In this document: positions 46,669 through 55,390 of the stretch, piece after piece
Layout: each line of letters begins with the position of its first letter
Numbering within the stretch: the first letter of the stretch is position 1
Source of the DNA: Phycisphaerae bacterium
GTDB taxonomy: Bacteria; Planctomycetota; Phycisphaerae; WQYP01
Assembly: GCA_051955985.1 (NCBI GenBank)
Contig: JBQCGD010000138.1
Coordinates: forward strand, 15,786 to 79,785
Direction: 5' to 3'
DNA length: 64,000 nucleotides
Notes under the pieces: generated by a model
What the model saw: the letters and a program-made list of their open reading frames with translations, nothing else
Databases searched by the model: none
What the model was told of the DNA's origin: nothing
Made by a program: the position numbers and the translations under genes

Positions 46669-47004
46669 TCAGAGGCCGTTGGTTTCGCCGGGGGGCGGTG
46701 TGCCGCGGCCTTCGGCGATGTATTGTTTGCGGCTGTTGCGGTAGGTGTCGGCGTCGATGTTTTCATCGTCGCGCGGGGAGGCGGGGGAATCGTCGGTCTT
46801 TCGCCACCAGGGGATATGTTCGCCGCAGAGGCGTTTGTGGATTTTTTTGAGCATGGGGACGCACCAGCCGCAGCCGGTGCCGGCGGAGAGGCATTCGGAG
46901 ATCTGGGAGGGGACTTTGGGTTTTTCGACGTTGCAGAAGGTTTCAATCTTGCGCCGTTTAACACTAAAGCAGTAACAGATAATGTCATCGGGATTTAGGG
47001 CCAT
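46669..47004 (-). CDS. BFD-like [2Fe-2S]-binding protein (5' end supplied by the insert)
   Basis: IICYCF...AGTGCGWC (C-x-C...C-x2-C). Confidence 0.85.
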   Translation of the reverse strand: MALNPDDIICYCFSVKRRKIETFCNVEKPKVPSQISECLSAGTGCGWCVPMLKKIHKRLCGEHIPWWRKTDDSPASPRDDENIDADTYRNSRKQYIAEGRGTPPPGETNGL

Positions 47005-47137
47005 AGAATTCATTCTATTGATCTGGCATCAAAAAGGCACGTTGAGCGGTTTTGAGGGAGGGCGTATTGGCTTGCAGAGCAGCGTTGGGCGAAAAACAAT
47101 ATCATGCTGGCGGCCATGACCTCGAAGGAACACAAAA

Positions 47138-47542
47138 ATGGATCAACACCTTGTTCCCGTTCGCAACGAAATTGCTGTGATGGCAAGCGACCTTTATACG
47201 GTGATTGGCGTTCCTTTCGAGCGAACATCAGAGCTTCAGCGGCAAATTCTGGCGACATTTGCCTTCGGCATGATCTTCGCCGTTGGACAACTGCGGCGTT
47301 TGTCGCCTCCGGAAGTCCACGTTCTTGCCATTGCGTGTCTGATGGACGTTTTCAAGTACGCCGATCATCAGGCTGCAGCTTTCTCTGCCGACTTGATTGT
47401 GCATGCTTCAAGTAAGAATCCGAAGGACACGCACAAAGCAATTATTCATCGCGGCATAGACGGCCATCGCCAATGGCAACAGAAGCAGAATGATCAACTC
47501 AAGATCAATATTGAAGGGATCTTTGAGGCGCTGAAAGTCTGA
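47138..47542 (+). CDS. Putative polymorphic-toxin immunity protein (Imm48-like), orphan
   Basis: All-helical 134 aa with IIHRGIDGH (HRG motif, from recollection of the Imm48 family); AT-richer than host genes. Confidence 0.55.
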   Translation: MDQHLVPVRNEIAVMASDLYTVIGVPFERTSELQRQILATFAFGMIFAVGQLRRLSPPEVHVLAIACLMDVFKYADHQAAAFSADLIVHASSKNPKDTHKAIIHRGIDGHRQWQQKQNDQLKINIEGIFEALKV

Positions 47543-47564
47543 GGTTCGCCATACCACCGCAATG

Positions 47565-47633
47565 AAACGTCTCGATCTTGCGGAGCGAAACGTCGAAGCA
47601 GAAGCAGACGGTGTCGTCGGGTTTGAGGGCCAT
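47565..47633 (-). pseudogene. Displaced original 5' end of the BFD-like gene
   Basis: Encodes MALKPDDTVCFCFDVSLRKIETF, 16/23 identical to the N-terminus of 46669-47004, then diverges and stops at codon 43. Confidence 0.85.
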
Positions 47634-47659
47634 GGGGAGAGTTTAGCACGGCGTGACGG

Positions 47660-47736
47660 GTAATTGGTAATTTGTAATTGGTAATTGGGAGGGGCGGGGA
47701 GGCGCCAGCCGTTACGAATTACCAGTTACCAATTAC
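47660..47736. repeat. GTAATTG heptamer arrays in inverted arrangement
   Basis: gtaattggtaatttgtaattggtaattg ... aattaccagttaccaattac; could fold back as a hairpin at the 3' end of the Gfo/Idh/MocA gene. Confidence 0.75.
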
Positions 47737-48806
47737 AGCCTCACCGCGGCGCCGGTCTCGTTGCTTTTGTAGATGGCGGCGACGAGCTGCGTGACCTGGC
47801 GGCCGGCGTCGGTGGTGATGAGCGGCGGGCGGCGGTCGATGGCGGCGCGGAGGAAGTCCTGGATTTGCAGGCCGTGGTAGTGGGCGATGGGGTCGATGGC
47901 GTTGAAGAAGTCGGTGTCTTCTTTTTTCCATTGGGCGAGGAGGTGTTCTTCGCCGGGGATGGTCCAGAGGTCGTTGAGGGGGGGCTCGGTGATTTTGGAC
48001 ATGCCGGGGACGAACATGGTGCCGCCGTCGGTTTGCACGCCGATGGACGCGCCGGTGTGGCCGTTGACTTGCACGCGGCCGTAGAGGGCGGGGTTGACGG
48101 AGTTGGAGACGAGGATCTGGCCGAGGGCGCCGGACTTGAAGCGGAGGACGGCCATGGCGGTGTCTTCGACTTCGATGTAGGGGTGATTGAGGTTGGCCCA
48201 CATGGCCATGACTTCGGCGACGGGGCCCATGTACCAGAGGAGAAGGTCGAGCTGGTGCGGGGCCTGGTTGATGAGGACGCCGCCGCCTTCGCCTTTCCAG
48301 GAGCCGCGCCAGGGGTCGGAGGTGTAGTATTTTTCGTCGCGCCAGCCGTACATGGCGACAACGCCGAAGATCGGTTTGCCGATTTTGCCTGCGTCGATCG
48401 CGCGGCGGATGCGCTGGGCGGGCTCGTAGAAGCGGCGTTGGGAGACGACGGCGACGGTGACTTGGTGTTGCTTTTGGGCGGCAATGATGCGGTCGCAATC
48501 TTCGACGGTCGCGGCGAGGGGTTTTTCGATAAGGACGTGAATGCCGGCGTTGATGCAGGCGATGGCGGGGTCGGCATGCTGGGGGTGGGGCGTGCAGATG
48601 CAGACAGCGTCGGGTTTGGCATCGCGGATGAGCTGCTCGGTGGAGTCGAAGGCCTTGACGTTGTACTTGTCGGCGAACGCCTGGGCGCGATCGAGATGGC
48701 GGCTGGCGACGGCGACGAAGTGGGATTCGGGTAGCGATTGGAGCGCGGCCGCGAAGACGTGGGCGACTTTGCCGGTGCCGATGATGGCGGTTTTCAGTTT
48801 TTGCAT
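47733..48806 (-). CDS. Gfo/Idh/MocA family oxidoreductase
   Basis: AIIGTGKVA, ICTPHPQH, LIEKPLA, GGGVLINQAPHQLD. Confidence 0.92.
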   Translation of the reverse strand: MQKLKTAIIGTGKVAHVFAAALQSLPESHFVAVASRHLDRAQAFADKYNVKAFDSTEQLIRDAKPDAVCICTPHPQHADPAIACINAGIHVLIEKPLAATVEDCDRIIAAQKQHQVTVAVVSQRRFYEPAQRIRRAIDAGKIGKPIFGVVAMYGWRDEKYYTSDPWRGSWKGEGGGVLINQAPHQLDLLLWYMGPVAEVMAMWANLNHPYIEVEDTAMAVLRFKSGALGQILVSNSVNPALYGRVQVNGHTGASIGVQTDGGTMFVPGMSKITEPPLNDLWTIPGEEHLLAQWKKEDTDFFNAIDPIAHYHGLQIQDFLRAAIDRRPPLITTDAGRQVTQLVAAIYKSNETGAAVRL

Positions 48807-48827
48807 GGTTTCGACTCGACGAACTTA

Positions 48828-48886
48828 AACACGAAGAGCACTAAGGCACGAAGAATTTGACACCGAGGACACAGAGGGGCACAGAG
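48828..48886. repeat. Intergenic 'CACGAAG/CACAGAG' repeat element
   Basis: aacacgaagagcactaaggcacgaag...caccgaggacacagaggggcacagag. Confidence 0.65.
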
Positions 48887-48896
48887 TTTCTTTATT

Positions 48897-49940
48897 TTAG
48901 GGGGTAAGGAGGACTTTGAGGAGTGCGGGGTCTTTGTTGTAGAGGCGGTCGAAATACGTTGGGCCTTGGTCGAGGGGGGCGGTGGCGCTGATGAGGGAGG
49001 CGACGTTTACTTTTTTGGTGGCGAGGAGGTCGATGCAGGTGGGGTATTCGCCGTTGGAGGCGGCGGTGCCGAGGAGGGTGAGTTCGCGCGTGACGACGGA
49101 TTGGAGGGGGAGGGGGACGGTTGGGGAGACGTTGCCGACGAGGACGATGGTGGCGCCTTTTCTGGCGGCGGTGATGGCGGTGTGGATGGAGGGGCCGGCG
49201 CCGACGGCTTCGAAGACGAGGTCGAGGCCGCCGTGGGTGAGGCCGTGGATTTGTTGGACGAGATCGGGGGCGTTGGCGGGAAGGGTGTGGGTGGCGCCGG
49301 CGGTTTTTGCGGTCTGGAGGCGGGCGGGGTCGATGTCGGTGGCGAGGAGGGTGGAGACGCCGGCGACGCGGAGGGTTTGGAGGAGGAGCTGGCCGATCAT
49401 GCCGGCGCCGACGACGAGCGCGGATTTCCCGAGGAGGCCGGTGGGCGTGGCGCTCGCGGCGCGGGAGAGGGCGTGCACGGCGATGGAGACCGGTTCGATC
49501 ATCGCGGCGTGTTCGAAGGAGAGACTGTCCGGCAGGTGATAGGCGATGCGCACCGGGATCGTCGCGAACTCGGCAAAACAGCCGTGCTGCCGGTATTCGT
49601 TGCAGGAGACGCCGAGGACCCGGCGGTTGTCGCAGAGGTTGATGCGGCCGGCGCGGCAGTAGGCGCAGTGGCCGCAGGAGATGGTCGAGTCGAAGGTGAT
49701 GCGATCGCCGGGCTTGAAATCGCGGACGTTCGATCCGCACTTCTCGACGATGCCCGCGGCTTCGTGGCCCATGACGATCGGCGGAATGCGGCGGCCGGTG
49801 GAGCCGTCGTAGCCGTGAACATCCGAACCGCAGATGCCGCAGGTCTTGATGCGGACGAGGAGGTCATCGGGGCCGAACTCCGGGATGGGCATGTCGGCGA
49901 GTTCGAGTTTTTTCCTGTCGGTGAGGAGGAGTGCCTTCAT
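48897..49940 (-). CDS. Zn-dependent alcohol dehydrogenase (galactitol-1-P/sorbitol dehydrogenase-like)
   Basis: CGICGSDVH, MGHEAAG, CGHCAYCRAGRINLC, VGAGMIG. Confidence 0.92.
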   Translation of the reverse strand: MKALLLTDRKKLELADMPIPEFGPDDLLVRIKTCGICGSDVHGYDGSTGRRIPPIVMGHEAAGIVEKCGSNVRDFKPGDRITFDSTISCGHCAYCRAGRINLCDNRRVLGVSCNEYRQHGCFAEFATIPVRIAYHLPDSLSFEHAAMIEPVSIAVHALSRAASATPTGLLGKSALVVGAGMIGQLLLQTLRVAGVSTLLATDIDPARLQTAKTAGATHTLPANAPDLVQQIHGLTHGGLDLVFEAVGAGPSIHTAITAARKGATIVLVGNVSPTVPLPLQSVVTRELTLLGTAASNGEYPTCIDLLATKKVNVASLISATAPLDQGPTYFDRLYNKDPALLKVLLTP

Positions 49941-51289
49941 GAATAGCTCGCTTCTGAGAGTTCCGGCGAAAGGACTGCGGGCGTCAGGGTGGGTGACAAC
50001 AGGTGGATGATCGCCACGGAAAGGATATAGGCGATGCCCGCGCAGAAGAAGGGGGCGTAGTAGTTGTGGGAGTACTGGACCCAGTAGCCGGTGAAGAGCT
50101 GGAAGAGGGACGCGCCGACGTAGCCGAAGAAGCCGCCGAACCCGGCGACGCTGGCGACGGCGTTTTGCGGGAAGAGGTCGCTGCAGAGGGTGTAGATGTT
50201 GCTGGAGAAGCCCTGGTGTCCGGCGGTGGCGAGGCCGACGACGAGGACGACGAGCCAGAGGTGGTGGAGCATGGGGGCGAGGATGATCGGGAGGGCGAGG
50301 GCGCCGAAGAGAAGCATGGCGGATTTGCGGGCGACGTTGACGGAGCGGCCGTGCTTCAGCAGGGTGGAGGAGAGCGCGCCGCCGCCGAGAGCGCCGAGGT
50401 CGGCCATGAGATAGATGGTGACGAGCGGCCAGCCGAGGTCGGCGAGCTGGAGGTGATAGGGATTGCCGCTGAAGAACTTGGGAATCCAGGTCATGAAGAA
50501 CCACCAGATGCCGTCGGAGAGGAATTTGCCCGCGACGAAGACCCAGGCCTGGCGGTATTGAACGATGTGCGTCCAGGGAAGCTTGATGGCGGGTTCGGGT
50601 GGATCACTTTTGATCAGGGCGAGTTCTTCTTGAGAAACCCACGGATCGTTTTCCGGGCAGCGGTAGAAGGGGAGCCAAATGAGGGCGAGGAGCAGCCCGA
50701 GGGCGCCGGTATAGACGAAAGCCGACTGCCAGCCGAAGCGAAGCGTGAGCCACGGGACGATCAATGGCGTGGTGATGGCGGCCATGTTGGCGCCGGCGTT
50801 GACGAAGCCGAAGGCAAAGGCGCGCTGGCGTCGCGGGAACCACTCGGCGCAGACCTTTGCCGCGCCGGGAAAGGAGGGGGATTCGGCGAGGCCGAGCGCG
50901 GCGCGGAAGGTGGCGAAGGAGAGAGGCCCGGCGCCCAGGGCGGTGAGCATGGCGCAGGCCGACCACGCTACAAGAGCGAGGCCGTAGCCGAGGCGGGTGC
51001 CGATGCGATCGAGGAGGCGGCCGGCGCCGATCTGGCCGAAGGCGTAGGCGATGGCGAACGCGGAGCCGATCATGCCGTACTCGGCATCGGAGATGGAGAA
51101 TCTGGCCTGGAGGTCGGGGGCAAGGAGGGCGATGACGAGGCGGTCGATGTAATTGATGGTGATGGCGAAGAAGAGAAGGGCGAGGATGATCCAGCGGAGC
51201 GGGAAGCGCGCGGATCGGCGGGAATGATCGAGAGGCTGCTCCACGGGAATCCTTTTGCGGGGCGAGAGGTGCACGCGTATAACCCGCAT
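49937..51289 (-). CDS. MFS transporter, ExuT/hexuronate-like; start approximate
   Basis: RWIIL.LLF.AITINYIDR, FRAALGLAES, WFPRRQRA, WFFMTWIP. Confidence 0.9.
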   Translation of the reverse strand: MRVIRVHLSPRKRIPVEQPLDHSRRSARFPLRWIILALLFFAITINYIDRLVIALLAPDLQARFSISDAEYGMIGSAFAIAYAFGQIGAGRLLDRIGTRLGYGLALVAWSACAMLTALGAGPLSFATFRAALGLAESPSFPGAAKVCAEWFPRRQRAFAFGFVNAGANMAAITTPLIVPWLTLRFGWQSAFVYTGALGLLLALIWLPFYRCPENDPWVSQEELALIKSDPPEPAIKLPWTHIVQYRQAWVFVAGKFLSDGIWWFFMTWIPKFFSGNPYHLQLADLGWPLVTIYLMADLGALGGGALSSTLLKHGRSVNVARKSAMLLFGALALPIILAPMLHHLWLVVLVVGLATAGHQGFSSNIYTLCSDLFPQNAVASVAGFGGFFGYVGASLFQLFTGYWVQYSHNYYAPFFCAGIAYILSVAIIHLLSPTLTPAVLSPELSEASYS

Positions 51290-51309
51290 GGTCGCCGAGG
51301 AGCACGCGG

Positions 51310-51891
51310 GTGCCAACACAAAAAACGGATTACCGGGTGGAATCTTTCAGGAGCGCGGAGGCGTTTCGCGCGTGGATGGAGCGGGAGCATGAACGCTGCC
51401 CCGGCGTGTGGGTGCGGTTTTTCAAGAAGGTTTCGGCGAAGGAGACCGTGAGATACGCGGAGGCGCTGGATGTGGCGCTGTGTTTTGGGTGGATCGACGG
51501 GCAGGTCAAGCCGCTGGATGCCGAATCGTACCTGCAGAAGTTCACCCCGCGGCGCGCACGAAGCACGTGGTCGAAGCGGAACGTGACGCATGTCGAGCGG
51601 TTGATTCGCGACGGTCTGATGCGGCCGGCCGGGCTGGCGGCCGTGGAGGCGGCGAAGAAGGATGGCCGCTGGGAGGCGGCATACGATTCGCCGCGGAACA
51701 TGCAGGTGCCGGCGGATTTCCTGGCGAGATTGCGGAAGGAAAAGAAGGCGTACGCGTTCTTTGAGTCGCTGACGCGCGCCAATGTGTACGCCATTGCCTA
51801 TCGGCTGCAGACGGCGAAAAAGGCGGAGACTCGGGAGCGGCGGATGGTTGCGATTCTGGAGATGATGCGGCGCGGCGAAAAGTTTCACTGA
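51310..51891 (+). CDS. YdeI/OmpD-associated family protein
   Basis: ALDVALCFGWIDG, FTPRRARSTWS..N, GRWEAAYD, KKAETRERR. Confidence 0.88.
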   Translation: MPTQKTDYRVESFRSAEAFRAWMEREHERCPGVWVRFFKKVSAKETVRYAEALDVALCFGWIDGQVKPLDAESYLQKFTPRRARSTWSKRNVTHVERLIRDGLMRPAGLAAVEAAKKDGRWEAAYDSPRNMQVPADFLARLRKEKKAYAFFESLTRANVYAIAYRLQTAKKAETRERRMVAILEMMRRGEKFH

Positions 51892-51943
51892 CTGGCCGCC
51901 GTCCACGGTATTCATCACGAAGGACCACAAAGAGGTTTTGCAG

Positions 51944-52486
51944 ATGGCGAAAGTTGCGGCGTTCTTGCGGGGAATCAATGTCGGCGGGAAGGTGATGGTG
52001 CCGATGGCGGAATTGAAGAAAGCCGTCGAGAGCCTGGGGTATGCCAAGGTGATGACGGTGCTGAACAGCGGGAACCTGGTCTTTGAGGCCGGTCCGAAGA
52101 AGAGCGCCGCGGTCGAGAAGGAACTGGAGGGGGCGATTGCGAAGCGGTTCGGGCTGGCCGTGGAGGTGATGGTGCGCGGGGCGGCCGAGATGGAGCGCGT
52201 GGTCGCGGAGAACCCGTTTAAGCGCGAGGCGCAGGAGGATCCGAGTCACCTGGTGGTGTTGTTCTTGAAAGAGGCGGCAGGAAGGGAGCGGGCGGAGCGA
52301 CTGCGTGCGGCCATCAAGGGGCGGGAACGGGTGGAGGCGAAAGGACGGGAGATTTTCGCGGTCTATCCGGATGGCATCGGGAAGTCCAAACTGACAAATG
52401 GGGTGATTGAAAAGGCGGTGGAAGCGCGGGCGACGGGTCGGAATTGGAACACGGTCGTGAAGTTGGCGGGGTTGCTTCAGGGGTGA
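51944..52486 (+). CDS. DUF1697 family protein
   Basis: AAFLRGINVGG, V.TVLNSGNLVF, T.RNWNTV.KL. Confidence 0.88.
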   Translation: MAKVAAFLRGINVGGKVMVPMAELKKAVESLGYAKVMTVLNSGNLVFEAGPKKSAAVEKELEGAIAKRFGLAVEVMVRGAAEMERVVAENPFKREAQEDPSHLVVLFLKEAAGRERAERLRAAIKGRERVEAKGREIFAVYPDGIGKSKLTNGVIEKAVEARATGRNWNTVVKLAGLLQG

Positions 52487-52616
52487 GCGGGGCGCTTTCG
52501 TTCAACGATGGCCGTTGCTTTGGGCGAGGAGTTTTTAACTTGTCCGGGAGCGAGGTCCTTCAAGCAGCGTGGTCCATTTCGTCTTTTGTGGCTTTGCGGT
52601 TTTGATTCCCATGGGG

Positions 52617-53081
52617 TCACCGCATCTCCGCCATCAACTCCACTTCGACCGCTGCATTGAGGGGAAGCGCATTGGTACCGACGGCGGCCCGGGCGTGCTT
52701 GCCGGCATCCCCGAAGACGGCGACGAGGAGGTCGGAAGCCCCGTTGGCCACCTTGGGCTGGGCGTCGAAGCCGTCGGCAGATTGCACGAAAACGCCGATG
52801 CGAAGGATGCGGGCGACGTTGTCGAGGTTGCCGCCACAAGCGTCGCGCAGGACGGCCAGGGCATTGAGCGTGCACAGCTTCGCCGCTTCAATCCCCTGCT
52901 CAATGGAGAGAGCAGTGGGGATGGGCCCGGCGAATTGGACCTTGCCGTCTTTGGACGGAAGCTGCCCGGAGATAATGATGAGGTTGCCCGCGTGAACGAA
53001 CGGGACGTAGGAGGCGACGGGCTTTGGGGCCGGCGGCAGGGTGAGGTTGAGCCGTTGGAGGGCGGCATCGATCTGCGACAT
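52617..53081 (-). CDS. RidA/YjgF family protein
   Basis: [52 protein letters not shown]. Confidence 0.9.
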   Translation of the reverse strand: MSQIDAALQRLNLTLPPAPKPVASYVPFVHAGNLIIISGQLPSKDGKVQFAGPIPTALSIEQGIEAAKLCTLNALAVLRDACGGNLDNVARILRIGVFVQSADGFDAQPKVANGASDLLVAVFGDAGKHARAAVGTNALPLNAAVEVELMAEMR

Positions 53082-53158
53082 AAGAACCTCCTGTGAGAAG
53101 TCTACGCGGATTATGAACGGGGGCGCTCGATTGGTACAATAGCTCCCTTCGCAAAACC

Positions 53159-54271
53159 ATGGAGCCCGGCCGAATGACCGCCATTCAGAGCAGCACGCAA
53201 CCCGTTTCTTCAACGAGCGTCACCACCGTCTCGGCCTCCGCGCCCGCGACCGAGTGGTACGAAGCGGCGCCACCCCCCTACTACTCCATGGTAGTGCCGA
53301 TGTACAACGAGGCGGATTCCGTGCAGGAATTGTACGACGGCCTCACGCGCAACCTGGCGTCGTTCGGCAAACCGTACGAAATCATCTTCATCAACGACGG
53401 CTCCAAGGACGGCACGTACCAGCGGCTGACCGACCTGGCGGAAAAAGACCCGCACGTCTTCGTCATCAACCTGCGGCGCAATTTCGGACAGACGCCCGCG
53501 CTGGCGGCCGGCTTCGACCACGCCCGCGGCGAAATCGTCATCGCCATGGATGGCGACCTGCAGCACGATCCGAACGAACTGCCGAAGTTCATCCAGAAGA
53601 TCGACGAGGGGTATGACGTCGTTTCCGGCTGGCGCGAAAAACGCGTCGACGGGCTCTTCCTCCGCCGCATTCCCTCAAAGCTCGCCAACCTCGCGATCCG
53701 CAAAATTTCCAAGGTCGACGTGCACGATTTCGGCACCACGTTCAAGGCCTACCGCCGCGACCTGCTCGACCACATCACCCTCTACGGCGACAACCACCGC
53801 TTCATCCCGGCGCTGGCGTACATGGCGGGGGCGAAAATCACCGAAGTGCCGATCCGCAACATCAACGCGCCCTATCGCCCCTCAAACTACGGCATTGGCC
53901 GCACGTTCCGCGTGATGCTCGACCTGCTGACAATCAAGTTCCTCAACAGCTATCTCACGCGGCCGATCCACCTGTTCGGAAAGCTGGGGCTGGGGTCGCT
54001 GCTGATCTCCGGCATCATCTTCCTCTTCCTGCTGGTGCGGAAGATCTTCTGGCGCGTCGACCTGATGCAGACGCACGGCCCGCTGATGATCCTCGGCGTG
54101 ATGATTTTCTTCATGGCGTTTCTCTTCTTCTCGACGGGCCTCCTCGCCGAGCTGATTTCCCGCGTCTACTTCGAATCGCAGCGGAAGAGCATCTACACGG
54201 TGCGCGAGATCCGGCATGGGCAGAATGCGTGGCGCGGGCGTCCGGGGCGGCCCATCATTCCGCGGGATTGA
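53159..54271 (+). CDS. GT2 polyprenol-phosphate glycosyltransferase (ArnC/Ppm1-like)
   Basis: VVPMYNE, INDGSKD, LRRNFGQTPAL.AG, MDGDLQHDP, C-terminal TM helices. Confidence 0.92.
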   Translation: MEPGRMTAIQSSTQPVSSTSVTTVSASAPATEWYEAAPPPYYSMVVPMYNEADSVQELYDGLTRNLASFGKPYEIIFINDGSKDGTYQRLTDLAEKDPHVFVINLRRNFGQTPALAAGFDHARGEIVIAMDGDLQHDPNELPKFIQKIDEGYDVVSGWREKRVDGLFLRRIPSKLANLAIRKISKVDVHDFGTTFKAYRRDLLDHITLYGDNHRFIPALAYMAGAKITEVPIRNINAPYRPSNYGIGRTFRVMLDLLTIKFLNSYLTRPIHLFGKLGLGSLLISGIIFLFLLVRKIFWRVDLMQTHGPLMILGVMIFFMAFLFFSTGLLAELISRVYFESQRKSIYTVREIRHGQNAWRGRPGRPIIPRD

Positions 54272-54286
54272 GTGCGGGGCGCGGGG

Positions 54287-55390
54287 ATGCTGAGCAAGGA
54301 CTCTTCGACAATTCGCCTTCTGATCGAGGGAATGCAGGCGGGGCTGCACATCGGGACGCAGCTTTTCGCAATGATCGACGGCAGCGTGGTGGCCGACGTG
54401 GCGCTCGGTCACGCCAACCTGAACCCCACGGCGTCGATGTGCAATGACACGTTGATGCTCTGGCTCTCGGCCGGGAAACCGATCACCGCGGTGGCGATCG
54501 CAATGCTCGTCGAAGCAGGAAAGCTGCAGTTCGACCAGGAAGTGGGAACGATCCTCCCGGAGTTCGCGAACCACGGAAAAGAGCGAATCACCGTTCGGCA
54601 CATCCTCACGCACACCGCCGGCATCCGCGGAATGGACCTGAATTATCCCTTCGCCACCTGGGAAGAGACGCTCGCCAGAATCCATGCGATGAAAGTCGAG
54701 CGGGACTGGACCCCCGGCCTCAAAGCCGGCTACCACGCGCACACCTCCTGGTACGTGCTGGGCGAGATCATCCACCGCATCACCGGCGAGCGGCACGATG
54801 CCTGGATCCGCAAGAACCTGCTGGAACCCCTCCGGATGCGCGACACCTGGCTCTCACTGACCGCCGAGGAGGCACATGCCTACGGCGCAAGGATCGGCGT
54901 GCTGCACGACACCACCGTGCAGCCGCCCAAGCCCATCCCGAATTACGACACGGAACTCGCCCTCTCCCGCCCCCGGCCGGCCGCCTCGGTGCGCGGCCCC
55001 ATGTACGATCTCGCCTGGTTTTACGAAATGCTGCGGCGCGGCGGAGAAATCGGCGGCACTCGCGTCCTTTCCGAGGACATGGTCCATGCGATCACCTCCC
55101 GGCAGCGCGTCGGCATGTTCGACCAGACCTTCCGCCAGACGATCGACTGGGGCCTCGGCGTGATCCTGAACTCGTCGCATTACGGGCCCGCGATTCCCTA
55201 CCAGTTCGGCCCGCACGCATCGCGCAGCACTTTCGGCCACGGCGGCTCGCAGTCGTCCACGGGGTTCTGCGATCCGGAACGCAACCTGGTGGTGGGGCTG
55301 ATTTTCAACGGGTGCCCCGGTGAAGCCGTGCACGACAAACGCCTGCGCAGCGTGTTGAAGGCGCTCTACGAAGACCTGGGACTCGCATGA
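54287..55390 (+). CDS. Serine hydrolase, beta-lactamase class C/EstA family
   Basis: SAGK (SxxK), ITVRHILTHTAG, AGYH, FGHGG. Confidence 0.88.
   Translation: MLSKDSSTIRLLIEGMQAGLHIGTQLFAMIDGSVVADVALGHANLNPTASMCNDTLMLWLSAGKPITAVAIAMLVEAGKLQFDQEVGTILPEFANHGKERITVRHILTHTAGIRGMDLNYPFATWEETLARIHAMKVERDWTPGLKAGYHAHTSWYVLGEIIHRITGERHDAWIRKNLLEPLRMRDTWLSLTAEEAHAYGARIGVLHDTTVQPPKPIPNYDTELALSRPRPAASVRGPMYDLAWFYEMLRRGGEIGGTRVLSEDMVHAITSRQRVGMFDQTFRQTIDWGLGVILNSSHYGPAIPYQFGPHASRSTFGHGGSQSSTGFCDPERNLVVGLIFNGCPGEAVHDKRLRSVLKALYEDLGLA

Noticed and set aside
42031-51451. Long ORFs such as 42059-43804(-), 42736-43842(-), 44334-45371(-), 47685-48734(+) and 50003-51451(+)
   Set aside because: Antisense or off-frame shadows of comB, the phosphodiesterase, truD, the oxidoreductase and the MFS genes.
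54287-55390. Beta-lactam resistance gene
   Set aside because: The SxxK serine hydrolase looks like the EstA/esterase branch (no signal peptide, HGG rather than KTG); resistance cannot be claimed.
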